In this document: piece by piece, positions 11,654 to 22,129 of the stretch
Position numbering within the stretch: position 1 is the stretch's first letter
Layout: every line of letters begins with the position of its first letter
Assembly (NCBI GenBank): GCA_049599475.1
Contig: JBMYOQ010000001.1
Coordinates: 1 to 64,000 of the forward strand
Direction: 5' to 3'
From: Opitutales bacterium
GTDB lineage: Bacteria; Verrucomicrobiota; Verrucomicrobiia; Opitutales; JABSRG01
DNA length: 64,000 bases
Notes under the pieces: generated by a model
Told to the model about the DNA's origin: nothing
Databases searched by the model: none
Seen by the model: the letters and a program-made list of their open reading frames with translations, nothing else
Program-made: the position numbers and the translations under genes

Positions 11654-11713
11654 CCCACCCCCAAACACACTCTCTTTCCGCTTTGCAAATCCTACTCTTC
11701 CGAAACCAGTCAC

Positions 11714-13408
11714 ATGTTTGAGGACCATAACGATACTATCCTAGATATTCTCAAAGAGACAGATACTCTCACGTCTGATCAAATTGAGGAGCTGTACAAC
11801 GTCCACATCGAGACTGGAAAACCATTGGCGAACGCCGTTTTCGACTCTGGACTCATCAACCGAGAGCAGCTCTTGGAGCTTATTGCCGAGTACTTGGCTC
11901 TTGAATACATGGAGAGTCCTCCAGGCGCGATTGATGACGAATTGATCCGTGTGGTTACCGCCAATACGGCACGCATGTATCGAATTCTTCCGATACGTAG
12001 TGATGACAGCTCTATCACGGTTCTGGCGAAGGACCCATTTAATAATTCGATCGTGGACGACCTTACGTTTACTCTGGGTAAAGATATCGTGGTTGTTGTA
12101 TCTGATCCGAAACTGATCGAAGAGAGCGTCATCTCACATTACGGAGAAGAAGATAACTCAATTGATAATCTGCTGAGTGAGATCGGAGAGTCTAATTTGG
12201 AAGAATCCACGGAAGGTGACCTTTCTGATACGGAGCTTACCGCGATGGCGAATGATACGCCGATCATTCGTTTTGTGGCTCTCGTATTACAGCAAGCGAT
12301 CCGCGATAAAGCATCCGATATCCACTTCGAGCCTTTCGAAGATGAATTCCGTATTCGTTACCGTATTGATGGTGCTCTTTACGAAATGGCTCCTCCGCCG
12401 AAGCACCTCTCAGTTCCCGTTATTTCCCGGGTAAAGGTACTTTCTAATATGAACATCGCAGAGCGTCGTATCCCTCAGGATGGACGTATCAAGATGACGA
12501 TCGCGGGCCGCCCAGTAGATTTGCGTGTATCGACGCTTCCAACTCAGTTTGGTGAGAGTGTGGTATTGCGTGTTCTCGATAAGTCTGTGGTCAATCTCGA
12601 CCTGGAGAATCTCAGTATGCCTGAAGATATTCTTACGAATATTCGGAAGACTGTGGATCGCCCGAATGGCATTTTCATCGTAACGGGACCTACTGGTTCT
12701 GGTAAAACAACTACGCTTTACTCCGCACTTCGTGAGGTAAATAAGGTAGAGACGAAGATCCTCACTGCTGAAGACCCGATCGAGTATGAGATCGAGGGAA
12801 TTATGCAGGTGGCTGTGAACCACAATGTGGGGCTTACGTTTGCTTCGGCGCTACGCTCGTTCCTACGTCAAGACCCCGATAAGGTGATGGTCGGGGAAAT
12901 CCGTGATATCGAAACCGCGCAGATTGCTGTGCAGGCCTCACTCACGGGTCACGTGGTCCTGTCCACGCTGCACACCAATGATGCTCCGGGAGCGGTAACA
13001 CGTTTGGTCGACATGGGCCTCGAGCCCTTCCTGATCTCCGCATCCCTTGAGGCGGTATTGGCTCAGCGTCTCGTTCGCCGCATTTGTCGCACGTGCCGCA
13101 CGCCTTACGAACCATCGGCTGAGCTCATCGAAATGCTCCAAGTTGACCCACTGGACATCGCTGATAAGGATTTCTATTTCGGCTCAGGGTGCCCGGAGTG
13201 TAATCGCACAGGATATCGCGGACGAATTGGTCTTTTCGAGATGATCATGGTCACGGACACCTTTAGAGAGTTGATCACCGCGAAGGCTCCGACCTTGGTT
13301 ATGCGCCAGAAAGCGATCGAGCAGGGTATGCGGACACTCCGAGATGATGGTCTTCGCGCGATTTTTGATGGTCATACCACGATCGAAGAGGTCTTGAAAT
13401 ATACCTAA
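11714..13408 (+). CDS. pilB: PilB/GspE-family assembly ATPase (paralog 2, with CxxC...CxxC)
   Basis: [29 protein letters not shown]...GCPEC..TGYRGR. Confidence 0.92.
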   Translation: MFEDHNDTILDILKETDTLTSDQIEELYNVHIETGKPLANAVFDSGLINREQLLELIAEYLALEYMESPPGAIDDELIRVVTANTARMYRILPIRSDDSSITVLAKDPFNNSIVDDLTFTLGKDIVVVVSDPKLIEESVISHYGEEDNSIDNLLSEIGESNLEESTEGDLSDTELTAMANDTPIIRFVALVLQQAIRDKASDIHFEPFEDEFRIRYRIDGALYEMAPPPKHLSVPVISRVKVLSNMNIAERRIPQDGRIKMTIAGRPVDLRVSTLPTQFGESVVLRVLDKSVVNLDLENLSMPEDILTNIRKTVDRPNGIFIVTGPTGSGKTTTLYSALREVNKVETKILTAEDPIEYEIEGIMQVAVNHNVGLTFASALRSFLRQDPDKVMVGEIRDIETAQIAVQASLTGHVVLSTLHTNDAPGAVTRLVDMGLEPFLISASLEAVLAQRLVRRICRTCRTPYEPSAELIEMLQVDPLDIADKDFYFGSGCPECNRTGYRGRIGLFEMIMVTDTFRELITAKAPTLVMRQKAIEQGMRTLRDDGLRAIFDGHTTIEEVLKYT

Positions 13409-13524
13409 ACCGGTGCGGAAGCTTTTACAATTCACCTTGCTTAACAGGTTAAAGGCTTTTAATCCTTAAAGTTTATTTCTGTTCTACCGCATTTTATTCT
13501 TAGTACATCCCTATACCCTCAGCT

Positions 13525-14772
13525 ATGGCCCGTTATAAATTTACTGCTATTGATCGTTCAGGTAAGCAAAAATCCGGAAACGTAGAAGCTGCTTCAGAAG
13601 ATGAAGCGAAGGCAAAAGTGAGCGGAATGGGCCTTATGGTCACCAACGTTTCGGTCACCGGAGGCGGTTCTAAAAAGGCGCCCAAGGCGAAAAGCTCATC
13701 GAAGAGCGGCGGCGGTTTTTCTTTTGGCTCCGCTATCAATCAGGAAGGCCTCACCGTATTCACGCGGCAGCTCGCCACTCTTTTGAACTCAGGGCTACCG
13801 CTTTTGCGCGCTTTAGAGGTCATGATTCGCCAGGAGAAGAACCCGAAATTCAAAGCGATGCTCGACAGCTTGGCTGAATCTGTGCGCTCGGGTAATACGC
13901 TTTCTGATTCTCTTCAGCAGTATCCTAAGACTTTTGACAAATTATTCGTAAACATGGTGAAAGCCGGTGAAGCGGGTGGTGTCCTCGAGGTGGTCCTCGG
14001 CCGTTTGGCTACATTCATGGAAAAATCCGTGAAGACGAAAAAGAAGGTCAAATCGGCTATGGTTTATCCAATGGTTGTCGTATCAGTGGCGATTCTGATT
14101 GTCGCGGGTCTGATGGTATTTGTTGTTCCGCAGTTCCAGGGTATCTTTAATGATATGATGCGCGAAGCTCCCCTCCCAGGGCCTACTCAGATCGTCATCA
14201 ACGTCAGTGAATTTGTTAAGTCGAACATCATCGCCACGGTCTTATTGGTCGCAGGTGTTGTGTTTGTTTTCTCTTCAATTCGAAAATTTGAAGCAGGTCG
14301 AAAATTCGCGGACAATGTTGCTCTGGTGACTCCCAAAGTTGGTGATCTAGTTAGTAAAGCAACGATCAGTCGATTCACCCGCACCTTCGGTACTCTCCTC
14401 TCCAGTGGGGTGCCTATCCTGCAAGCTCTACAAATAACACGTGAGATCGTTGGTAACTCAAAGTATGAGGCAGCGATTGACCGCATTCATAATAGTGTCC
14501 GCGATGGTGAGGCACTTTCCGCCCCGATGGAGCGTGAGAAAGTGTTCCCGACCATGGTCACATCGATGATCGACGTAGGTGAAGAAACCGGTGAATTGTC
14601 CGAAATGCTCAACAGAGTAGCCGACAATTACGATGAAGATTTGGATAATGCAGTCGCTTCGGTGACCTCTATCATCGAGCCGATTATGATCGTATTCCTC
14701 GCGGTGGTTGTTGGTTTCATCGTTATCGCACTCTTCCTGCCGATCGTTGAAATCATCCAAAAGCTCACCTGA
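13525..14772 (+). CDS. pilC: Type IV pilus/T2SS inner-membrane platform protein PilC/GspF
   Basis: [38 protein letters not shown] motifs. Confidence 0.93.
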   Translation: MARYKFTAIDRSGKQKSGNVEAASEDEAKAKVSGMGLMVTNVSVTGGGSKKAPKAKSSSKSGGGFSFGSAINQEGLTVFTRQLATLLNSGLPLLRALEVMIRQEKNPKFKAMLDSLAESVRSGNTLSDSLQQYPKTFDKLFVNMVKAGEAGGVLEVVLGRLATFMEKSVKTKKKVKSAMVYPMVVVSVAILIVAGLMVFVVPQFQGIFNDMMREAPLPGPTQIVINVSEFVKSNIIATVLLVAGVVFVFSSIRKFEAGRKFADNVALVTPKVGDLVSKATISRFTRTFGTLLSSGVPILQALQITREIVGNSKYEAAIDRIHNSVRDGEALSAPMEREKVFPTMVTSMIDVGEETGELSEMLNRVADNYDEDLDNAVASVTSIIEPIMIVFLAVVVGFIVIALFLPIVEIIQKLT

Positions 14773-14811
14773 TTTCGACGGAGTCGGAATCCATTTGATT
14801 TGAATTTCATC

Positions 14812-14840
14812 AAGGGTCTCCGCTTGCGGAGGCCCTTTTG
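14812..14840 (+). terminator. Intrinsic terminator after pilC
   Basis: AAGGGTCTCCGC-TT-GCGGAGGCCCTTTTG. Confidence 0.8.
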
Positions 14841-14857
14841 TTTATTAGGGTTTCTGA

Positions 14858-16588
14858 ATGCGCCGATTTGTTCAGTTGTTTGAGGAGCTCAATGCTTCAA
14901 ACCGAACACAGCACAAAATCGATGCCCTTAGGGCTTATTTCCAAGAGTCCGAGCCTCGAGATGCTATTTGGGCCCTGTATTTCCTGACTGGCCGTAAACT
15001 GAAGTCGCTGACTCCTTCGAAAAATTTAAGGGCCTGGGTCGCTGAGCTTTCAGGGCTTCCCCTTTGGTTGATTGATCGGAGCTATGAGGTCGCGGGAGAT
15101 CTCGCGGAAACGCTTTCTCTCGTATTACCTGAGCATTCTAAGCACGATACGGCCCAAGAGTCTCGCCCTTTGCACGAAGTGGTTGAACGGGTCCTAATAC
15201 CCTTGCAGGACCGATCTGAGGCATCGAAGTTTGAGCAGCTCCGTGATCAATGGCAGATTATGACTCTAGATGAGCGCTTCGTCTTCAATAAGCTGATCAC
15301 TGGAGGCCTGCGCCAGGGCGTAAGTCGAACCCTCGTTGAACGAGCATTAGCAAAGGCCCTTGAGCTTCCAGAAGCGACCGTAACCCATCGTCTGACTGGG
15401 GATTGGTCGCCAAACCTGAGCACCTGGGAATTATTGTGCAGTCGAGAGGTAGGAGGCCTTGATGATGCGGCTCCCTATGCCTTTTGCCTTGCCTATCCAT
15501 TGGAAGAGCGCTCTGTCGCGATAGACGGGAAAAATACAGATACTGCCTTTCAGAAACTTCTAGAACTCGGGCCCATCTCCGAATGGCAAATCGAGTGGAA
15601 ATGGGATGGAATACGGGCTCAGATGATTCGCCGAAAGGGCGTGGTTATGTTGTGGTCTAGAGGAGAGGAACGAGTTCATGAAATGTTTCCAGAGCTTACC
15701 ACAATTGCTGAATCTCTCCCGGAGGGCACTGTGCTTGATGGCGAGATTGTAATATCCCGAGAAGGGGGCGTAGGCAGTTTTTCAGATTTACAACACCGCA
15801 TCGGACGTAAGGGTGTATCGGAAAGTATCTTACGTGATTATCCCTGTGCTTTTATAGCCTACGATTTGCTGGAATGGGAAGGGAAAGATATGCGCGATGT
15901 CGCACTGGATCAACGAAGGGAACGACTGGAAGAAGCCATTAGCGCCATCGATGTATCCAAGAATTTAGGGCAAGACTCATCGATGGGATATCAAATTGAT
16001 TTTTTCTCAGAGCTCGATGATTCCAAAGAGTCGATAGGGTTATCTCGATTGCAATGTTCAGAAACGTTGAGTCTGTCGAGTTGGGAGGAGGCAGTGTCGC
16101 TTCGTGAGAGTGCGCGTGAGCGAAGGGTTGAAGGTTTTATGTTAAAACGTAAATGTTCAGTCTATCGAAGCGGTCGCGTAAAAGGTGATTGGTGGAAGTG
16201 GAAACTGGACCCATATACTGTGGATTGTGTTTTGCTCTATGCGCAGGCTGGTCATGGAAAGCGGGCAGGCTTATTCACGGACTATACCTTCGGTGTGAGA
16301 GATGGAGAAGACCTCGTGCCAGTTGCCAAAGCTTACTCTGGCCTGACCAAAGCCGATATCCAGAAGGTCGATGCATGGGTAAAGAAGAATACTTTGTCGA
16401 AAAAAGGGCCGGTGCGCATGGTTGTCGCAGAACTTGTGTTCGAGGTGGCTTTCGAGAATATTCACTTCTCCGATCGTCATCGTTCAGGGCTCGCCCTCCG
16501 TTTCCCGCGAATCGTCAGACTACGTCCGGATAAGCTAGCTAAGGAAATTGATACGCTAGAGAGTCTCAGAGCCCTCGTATCCGAATGA
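14858..16588 (+). CDS. ATP-dependent DNA ligase
   Basis: EWKWDGIR adenylation motif, LDGE, YDLLE, EGFMLKR, WWKWK, ALRFPRI. Confidence 0.93.
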   Translation: MRRFVQLFEELNASNRTQHKIDALRAYFQESEPRDAIWALYFLTGRKLKSLTPSKNLRAWVAELSGLPLWLIDRSYEVAGDLAETLSLVLPEHSKHDTAQESRPLHEVVERVLIPLQDRSEASKFEQLRDQWQIMTLDERFVFNKLITGGLRQGVSRTLVERALAKALELPEATVTHRLTGDWSPNLSTWELLCSREVGGLDDAAPYAFCLAYPLEERSVAIDGKNTDTAFQKLLELGPISEWQIEWKWDGIRAQMIRRKGVVMLWSRGEERVHEMFPELTTIAESLPEGTVLDGEIVISREGGVGSFSDLQHRIGRKGVSESILRDYPCAFIAYDLLEWEGKDMRDVALDQRRERLEEAISAIDVSKNLGQDSSMGYQIDFFSELDDSKESIGLSRLQCSETLSLSSWEEAVSLRESARERRVEGFMLKRKCSVYRSGRVKGDWWKWKLDPYTVDCVLLYAQAGHGKRAGLFTDYTFGVRDGEDLVPVAKAYSGLTKADIQKVDAWVKKNTLSKKGPVRMVVAELVFEVAFENIHFSDRHRSGLALRFPRIVRLRPDKLAKEIDTLESLRALVSE

Positions 16589-16608
16589 TTATTACGAATA
16601 AGTTTCCT

Positions 16609-17955
16609 TTAGAAACCCATGCCTGGCATGCCGCGCCCGCCGGAGGCTTTCATGCGTTTCATCATCTTCTGGCCCTTGGACCCCTTCATCATTTTCATCA
16701 TTTTTTGCATCTGACCAAATTGTTTAATGAGGGCGTTTACGTCTTTCACGGCAACCCCTGAACCATTGGCTATGCGGAGGCGTCGAGAGCCGTTGATGAC
16801 TTTCGGGTTTTGGCGTTCCTTAATCGTCATGGACAGGATGATGGCTTCGGTGCGCTTGAGTTGATTTTCCTCTTTGTCGCCGACTTTCACACCATTCATG
16901 CCCGGTAGCATGCCCATGATGGAGCCGAGGGAGCCCATCTTCTTAATCTGCTTCATCTGCGCGAGGAAGTCTTCGAAGTTGAACTCCGCGCGCTTCATGC
17001 GCTCGGCGAGACGGGTGGCTTCATCTTCGTCAATTTGCTCCTGGGCCTTTTCGACCAGAGAGACAACGTCGCCCATGCCGAGGATGCGGGAGGCAATACG
17101 ATCCGGGTGGAAGAGTTCAAGGTCTTCCACTTTTTCGCCCACACCGGCAAACTTGATCGGCTTGCCGGTGATGTGCTTCATGGAAAGAGCCGCACCGCCG
17201 CGCGCGTCACCATCGAGCTTGGTTAGAACAATTCCTGTGATGCCTAGGGCCTCGTCGAAATGCTTTGCGACATTCACTGCTTCCTGGCCGAGTGCTGAGT
17301 CCGCGACCAGAAGAATCTCATCGGGATTGATGGTATCCTTGAGCTTTTGGACCTCTGCGATCAGCTCTGTGTCGATTTGGAGTCGGCCAGCGGTGTCGAA
17401 AACGAGGACATCCGCGTTTGCCTCGATTCCCGAGTGCAGGCCCGCTTTACCAATCTTCGAGACATCCTGATTGCCGCGATCGGCGTAAAAGTGTGCGCCT
17501 GTTTGCTTAGCGAGAGTCTCGAGTTGATCGATCGCTGCAGGACGGTAAATATCCCCAGCAATGAGGGCTGTGGTCTTCTCCTTTTTCTTGAAATAGTGAG
17601 AGAGCTTGCCCGCAATCGTCGTCTTACCGGAGCCTTGGAGACCCACCAGCATGATCTTGAGCGGGCGCTTCTCGGCGAGAGCGGTGGCGCCGGAGCCTAG
17701 CAGCTCAACGAGCTCATCATTGAGGATTTTGACGATCTGTTGCCCGGGATTGACGGACTTGATGGTCTCTTGGCCGAGTGCTTTTTCTTTTACGGCATTG
17801 ATGAACTCGCGCGCTACTTTGAAGTGTACGTCTGCCGAGAGAAGCGCGGTCCGCACCTCTTTGAGGGCCTCGGACACGTTCTCTTCTGTGATCTTATTGA
17901 GCCCCCGCAGGTTGCGAATGGCCGATGACATTTTCTCGGTAAGCGATTCGAGCAT
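16609..17955 (-). CDS. ffh: Signal recognition particle protein
   Basis: [35 protein letters not shown], Met-rich M domain. Confidence 0.98.
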   Translation of the reverse strand: MLESLTEKMSSAIRNLRGLNKITEENVSEALKEVRTALLSADVHFKVAREFINAVKEKALGQETIKSVNPGQQIVKILNDELVELLGSGATALAEKRPLKIMLVGLQGSGKTTIAGKLSHYFKKKEKTTALIAGDIYRPAAIDQLETLAKQTGAHFYADRGNQDVSKIGKAGLHSGIEANADVLVFDTAGRLQIDTELIAEVQKLKDTINPDEILLVADSALGQEAVNVAKHFDEALGITGIVLTKLDGDARGGAALSMKHITGKPIKFAGVGEKVEDLELFHPDRIASRILGMGDVVSLVEKAQEQIDEDEATRLAERMKRAEFNFEDFLAQMKQIKKMGSLGSIMGMLPGMNGVKVGDKEENQLKRTEAIILSMTIKERQNPKVINGSRRLRIANGSGVAVKDVNALIKQFGQMQKMMKMMKGSKGQKMMKRMKASGGRGMPGMGF

Positions 17956-18009
17956 TTGAGGCAGTGTGGGAGAAAATCAGCATAGGGCAACTTTGGAGTT
18001 GGGTACATG

Positions 18010-18043
18010 AAAAAGACGCCAAGCTGGAGGGCTTGGCGTCTTT
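18010..18043 (-). terminator. Bidirectional intrinsic terminator after flagellin 1
   Basis: AAAAAGACGCCAAGC-TGGAGG-GCTTGGCGTCTTT; paralogous to the terminators after flagellins 2 and 3. Confidence 0.88.
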
Positions 18044-18060
18044 GAATGATGGATAGATGA

Positions 18061-18873
18061 TTATCCGATAAGTCTCAGCGCGACCTGTTGACTCGCATTT
18101 GCCTGAGCAAGCATCGCCGATCCAGACTGGACGAGGATGTTGTAACGGGCGAAGGCTGTCGACTCGGATGCGATATCCGTATCAGCGATACGGCTATTCG
18201 CGGCCTCGAGATTTACCTTATTGGTGTTCAGGGTTTCTGATGCGAAGTTCAGACGTGATTGTTGCGCACCATTCACAGCGCGTTGTGTGGCGACCTCCTG
18301 GATGGCATCGGTAACATTAGTTACGGTTACGCCGGATAGGGAGGTGGCTGCTGTGACTGTTGCTACATTGGAGCCGGTTTGGTTGAAGTCAGCTTGGGAG
18401 ACTGTGACGTCGCCTCCTCCGCCTTCAGTTGTGGCTACAGTGAGTGATCCGTCTGCTGCTGCGAACAGATTTACCCCATTGAACTGTTCGTCATCGAGAT
18501 TCTGGAGCTGTGACACGAGTTCTGTGAACTCTGAATCATAGTTGGCCTTATCGCTGGTGCTCTTCGTGACGTCTTCATACATCGTTTTGAGCTCAGACAT
18601 ACGGTCCAGGATCTTGGTGGCTGTCTTCAAAGCGCCGTCTTGTGTCTGGAGGAACGAGACTGCGTTTTGTATGTTCTCATTGACTTTGGTGGTGCGGTTA
18701 ATTGCTGAACTCAATTTCATTGAGACAGCCAAACCACCCGCATCGTCAGATGGGTTTACAATTTTTGAACCACTCGACAAACGAGCAAGGCTATTTTTGA
18801 ACATAGCGTTGCTACCGTTGAGGCTATTTGCTGCTGAAGTCGCAGCGGTGTTGGTATTGATTACCAATGACAT
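18061..18873 (-). CDS. fliC: Flagellin 1 (270 aa, D0-D1 core only)
   Basis: MSLVINTN, LARLSSGSKI..PSDDAGGLAVS, AANSRI.DTDIA.E, MLAQAN. Start at ATG 18873 by homology with the paralogs. Confidence 0.97.
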   Translation of the reverse strand: MSLVINTNTAATSAANSLNGSNAMFKNSLARLSSGSKIVNPSDDAGGLAVSMKLSSAINRTTKVNENIQNAVSFLQTQDGALKTATKILDRMSELKTMYEDVTKSTSDKANYDSEFTELVSQLQNLDDEQFNGVNLFAAADGSLTVATTEGGGGDVTVSQADFNQTGSNVATVTAATSLSGVTVTNVTDAIQEVATQRAVNGAQQSRLNFASETLNTNKVNLEAANSRIADTDIASESTAFARYNILVQSGSAMLAQANASQQVALRLIG

Positions 18874-19172
18874 GATGATCTTCCTTGATTCGTGGTAACT
18901 CCCTGTTACCCAGGGCCAATTTTCGGCAAGGGGATTGGCACCCCAACCGGAACGTCCGTGCTCCGGAAGACTGAGGCAGGTAAGCGTAGCGCTGCTTATG
19001 GCAGCCAAATACGCATGTGCTCAGTGCAACTTGGATTATATAGCTTTGGATTGAATCAAGCTGGATCACCTCACGACTTCGGAGGCAAATAATCCACGAT
19101 TTGATTTTGAACAGTTACTATCATTAGTCCGATGCTTAGTTGTTTAGCATCGCTGCTATATGAACTGTTAGA

Positions 19173-19184
19173 CTATCAATGAAC
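19173..19184 (-). promoter_or_regulatory. boxA-like motif (variant GTTCATTGATAG) in flagellin 1 leader
   Basis: Same position relative to the promoter as the GTTCTTTGACAA copies in leaders 2 and 3. Confidence 0.5.
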
Positions 19185-19219
19185 GATACGCAGGGTATCG
19201 ATCGTGGTTGTTGAACTAT

Positions 19220-19246
19220 AGATCGGCAAAATGTTCGGTAAATTGA
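19220..19246 (-). promoter_or_regulatory. sigma28 (FliA)-like promoter for flagellin 1
   Basis: TCAA-N15-GCCGATCT versus consensus TAAA-N15-GCCGATAA. Confidence 0.7.
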
Positions 19247-19452
19247 ATTTTATTTTAAAGATTTAATCTCGCTGCCGACAAAGTGATTTTGAATTCGAAG
19301 TATCAGAAGGAGCGATAGGGTAAGTTTGAAACAAGTGCCGTTTGAGGAAGCAATCTAACTCTTAGGAGTAGTGCTCTGCTATATGTTTGAGGGCTTGTTT
19401 ACTCTGGATGTTATTTGAGTATGGGTGTAGATTTGTATCTGAGAATGGATAC

Positions 19453-19487
19453 AAAAAAGACGCCAGGCTGGCGGGCCTGGCGTCTTT
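19453..19487 (-). terminator. Bidirectional intrinsic terminator after flagellin 2
   Basis: AAAAAAGACGCCAGGC-loop-GCCTGGCGTCTTT. Confidence 0.88.
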
Positions 19488-19504
19488 CTTATTTTCCGGA
19501 TGGA

Positions 19505-20317
19505 TTATCCGATAAGTCTCAGTGCGACCTGTTGACTTGAGTTTGCCTGAGCAAGCATCGCTGATCCAGATTGGACGAGGATGTTGTAACGAGCAAACGC
19601 TGTAGACTCGGACGCGATATCTGTATCGATGATACGGCTATTCGCGGCTTCGAGATTTACCTTGTTAGTGTTTAGAGTTTCTGAAGCGAACTGCAGACGT
19701 GATTGTTGTGCACCATTAACGGCGCGCTGTGTAGCCACTTCCTGAATTGCGTCAGTAGTGTTGGTCACAGTGACATTCGCCAGGCTAGTCTGAGCAGTGA
19801 TCGTAGCGACGCTCGAACCGGTTTGGTTGAAGTCAGCTTGAGACACAGTTACATCTCCGGATCCAGTTTCAGTCGTAGCGACGGTGAGCGCACCGTCCGC
19901 AGCGGCGAATAGATTTACCCCATTGAACTGCTCGTCATCCAGATTTTGAAGTTGAGCGACGAGTTCGGTAAACTCCGAGTCATAGTTTGCCTTATCGCTA
20001 GAACTCTTCGTGACGTCTTCATACATCGTCTTGAGTTCAGAGACGCGGTCCAAGATTTTCGTAGCTGTTTTCAAAGCACCGTCTTGTGTCTGGAGAAACG
20101 AGACTGCGTTTTGAATGTTTTCATTGACTTTGTTGGTACGGTTAATGGCTGAACTCAATTTCATTGAGACGGCCAAACCACCCGCATCGTCAGATGGGTT
20201 TACGATTTTTGAACCACTTGACAAACGAGCAAGGCTATTTTTGAACATAGCATTGCTGGAGTTGAGGCTGTTAGCTGCAGAAGTTGCAGCGGTGTTGGTA
20301 TTAATTACCAGTGACAT
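19505..20317 (-). CDS. fliC: Flagellin 2 (270 aa)
   Basis: Flagellin N- and C-terminal motifs; close paralog of flagellins 1 and 3. Confidence 0.97.
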   Translation of the reverse strand: MSLVINTNTAATSAANSLNSSNAMFKNSLARLSSGSKIVNPSDDAGGLAVSMKLSSAINRTNKVNENIQNAVSFLQTQDGALKTATKILDRVSELKTMYEDVTKSSSDKANYDSEFTELVAQLQNLDDEQFNGVNLFAAADGALTVATTETGSGDVTVSQADFNQTGSSVATITAQTSLANVTVTNTTDAIQEVATQRAVNGAQQSRLQFASETLNTNKVNLEAANSRIIDTDIASESTAFARYNILVQSGSAMLAQANSSQQVALRLIG

Positions 20318-20621
20318 GATGATCTTCCTTGATTCATGGCAACTACCTGTTGCCGAGGACCACTTTTTGCCGAAGGGAATGGCGCCCTAACTGGAGCATC
20401 CGTGCTCCAGAAGCCTGAGGCATCGTTACAGGCGGACACGCGCGTCGCGTCTCCAGTATGTAGCTTTCTCAGTTCGACTTGGACATAGCTGGCTATGAAC
20501 CATGTATTACCGTCACCGTGCTGCGGGCAACTAACAGTCTCCGTGTTCTGTTATTCTGTTGATCATTGGATTTCGGAACCGAGCTTGGAATAGTCGGATC
20601 AGAATTTTAAAAACCACAGAA

Positions 20622-20633
20622 TTGTCAAAGAAC
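20622..20633 (-). promoter_or_regulatory. boxA-like motif GTTCTTTGACAA in flagellin 2 leader
   Basis: Identical 12-mer in leader 3; resembles the rRNA-leader boxA. Confidence 0.65.
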
Positions 20634-20671
20634 AGGTGAATCAATTGGATCGTGGTTAATTGGCTCTTAAA

Positions 20672-20698
20672 TAGTCGTCATGGAATGATCAATACTGA
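20672..20698 (-). promoter_or_regulatory. sigma28-like promoter for flagellin 2
   Basis: TCAG-N15-GACGACTA at the position equivalent to the flagellin 1 promoter. Confidence 0.55.
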
Positions 20699-20794
20699 AT
20701 ATAATGATGAACTATTTTAAGAAAATTAAGGGTTTAAGAGCGGCGATTTAGTCTGAGTGAAATAAGAGAAATTGGGATTTATACGTACGCGAAT

Positions 20795-20824
20795 AAAGAC
20801 GCTAGGTTGGAGGACCTAGCGTCT
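20795..20824 (-). terminator. Terminator hairpin after flagellin 3
   Basis: AAAGACGCTAGGT-TGGAGG-ACCTAGCGTCT, with compensatory changes versus the other two terminators. Confidence 0.8.
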
Positions 20825-20839
20825 CTAATTGGTGGATAA

Positions 20840-21652
20840 TTATCCGATGAGTCGTAGTGCGACCTGTTGGCTGGAATTTGCCTGTGCAAGCATCGCAGAT
20901 CCAGATTGGACAAGGATGTTATACCGAGCAAATGCAGTGGACTCAGATGCGATATCCGTATCAATGATACGACTATTCGCGGCCTCAAGATTTACTTTGT
21001 TCGTATTTAGAGTTTCGGAGGCGAACTGTAAGCGTGATTGTTGTGCTCCATTTACAGCACGTTGTGTAGCGACCTCCTGAATGGCATCAGTGGTGTTCGT
21101 TACTGTAATGTTTGCAAGGCTGCTTTGTGCAGTCACAGTTGCGACACTTGAACCGGATTGGTTAAAGTCCGCTTGTGATACTGTGACATCTCCTGCGCCA
21201 GTTTCGGTTGTTGAAACTGTGAGGGCACCATCGGCGGCAGCAAACAGGCTGACTCCGTTGAACTGCTCGTCGTCTAGGTTTCCTAGCTGAGCGACCAGTT
21301 CAGTATACTCTGAATCATAATTTGCCTTATCGCTGGCACTCTTCGTGACGTCTTCATACATCGTTTTGAGTTCAGAGATACGGTCCAAGATCTTCGTAGC
21401 CGTTTTCAGAGCACCATCTTGTGTTTGGAGAAACGAAATGGCGTTTTGAATGTTTTCGTTGACTTTCTGGGTGCGGTTGATGGCGGAGCTCAGTTTCATT
21501 GAGACCGCCAAACCACCAGCATCGTCAGCGGGGTTTACGATTTTTGAACCACTCGACAAACGAGCAAGGCTAGATTTGAACATAGCGTTGCTTGAGTTGA
21601 GACTGTTCGCTGCAGACGAGGCAGCTGTATTGGTATTGATTACTAGTGACAT
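20840..21652 (-). CDS. fliC: Flagellin 3 (270 aa)
   Basis: Flagellin motifs; start at ATG 21652 (MSLVINTN). Confidence 0.97.
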   Translation of the reverse strand: MSLVINTNTAASSAANSLNSSNAMFKSSLARLSSGSKIVNPADDAGGLAVSMKLSSAINRTQKVNENIQNAISFLQTQDGALKTATKILDRISELKTMYEDVTKSASDKANYDSEYTELVAQLGNLDDEQFNGVSLFAAADGALTVSTTETGAGDVTVSQADFNQSGSSVATVTAQSSLANITVTNTTDAIQEVATQRAVNGAQQSRLQFASETLNTNKVNLEAANSRIIDTDIASESTAFARYNILVQSGSAMLAQANSSQQVALRLIG

Positions 21653-21922
21653 GTATCTTCCTTGATTCACGGCAACTCCCTGTTGCCCAGGGCCAATAGG
21701 AGTAAAGGGATTGGCGCCCTAACTAGAACGTCCGTGTTCTAGAATGCTGAGGCATGTCTACGGAGAGTCATTATTTTTTACTCTCCATTTGTCTACTCAG
21801 CTTCTCTTGGATATTTTCTTGTGAATCTTGGATACCAATGGCTGCCTCGCGCTGCGGGCGAGGGTCTCGATAGGTTGCCTACATGAAATACGTATATGCG
21901 TATGTCGGGTTTGTAGGCAAAG

Positions 21923-21934
21923 TTGTCAAAGAAC
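21923..21934 (-). promoter_or_regulatory. boxA-like motif GTTCTTTGACAA in flagellin 3 leader
   Basis: Identical to the leader 2 copy; about 36 nt downstream of a sigma28-like -10 (GCCGATGT, 21970-21977). Confidence 0.65.
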
Positions 21935-22076
21935 TATTGAATCAATTTGATCATAATGTTGGCCGACTCACATCGGCAGGAATTGATTAAGTGTCTGAGT
22001 TGATACCGTCTTGGATGGGGGTAAATAACCCACATTCAAGACGGTATCAGGGAACACAGTGTTACCAGCACTGTGC

Positions 22077-22120
22077 CCCTGAACACCTTCACTTGTCTAT
22101 TCCGTCATTCGTATCAGAAA
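22077..22120 (-). repeat. Conserved 44-nt element 3' of flagellin 4 (copy A)
   Basis: CCCTGAACACCTTCACTTGTCTATTCCGTCATTCGTATCAGAAA; differs from 23783-23825 by one indel. Confidence 0.9.
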
Positions 22121-22129
22121 CTGATTCTA

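Noticed and set aside
16874..17470. Long antisense ORFs opposite ffh, lysS, ileS and others
   Set aside because: Shadow ORFs of well-supported genes on the other strand.
18874..19008. N-terminal extension of flagellin 1 (315-aa ORF call); likewise 21653-21670 for flagellin 3
   Set aside because: Paralogs all start at MSLVINTN with an AAGGA site just upstream; the extension is the structured leader.
18874..21965. c-di-GMP-I/II riboswitch in the flagellin leaders
   Set aside because: I could not find the GGCAAAC...GACGCAAAG consensus on the coding strand.
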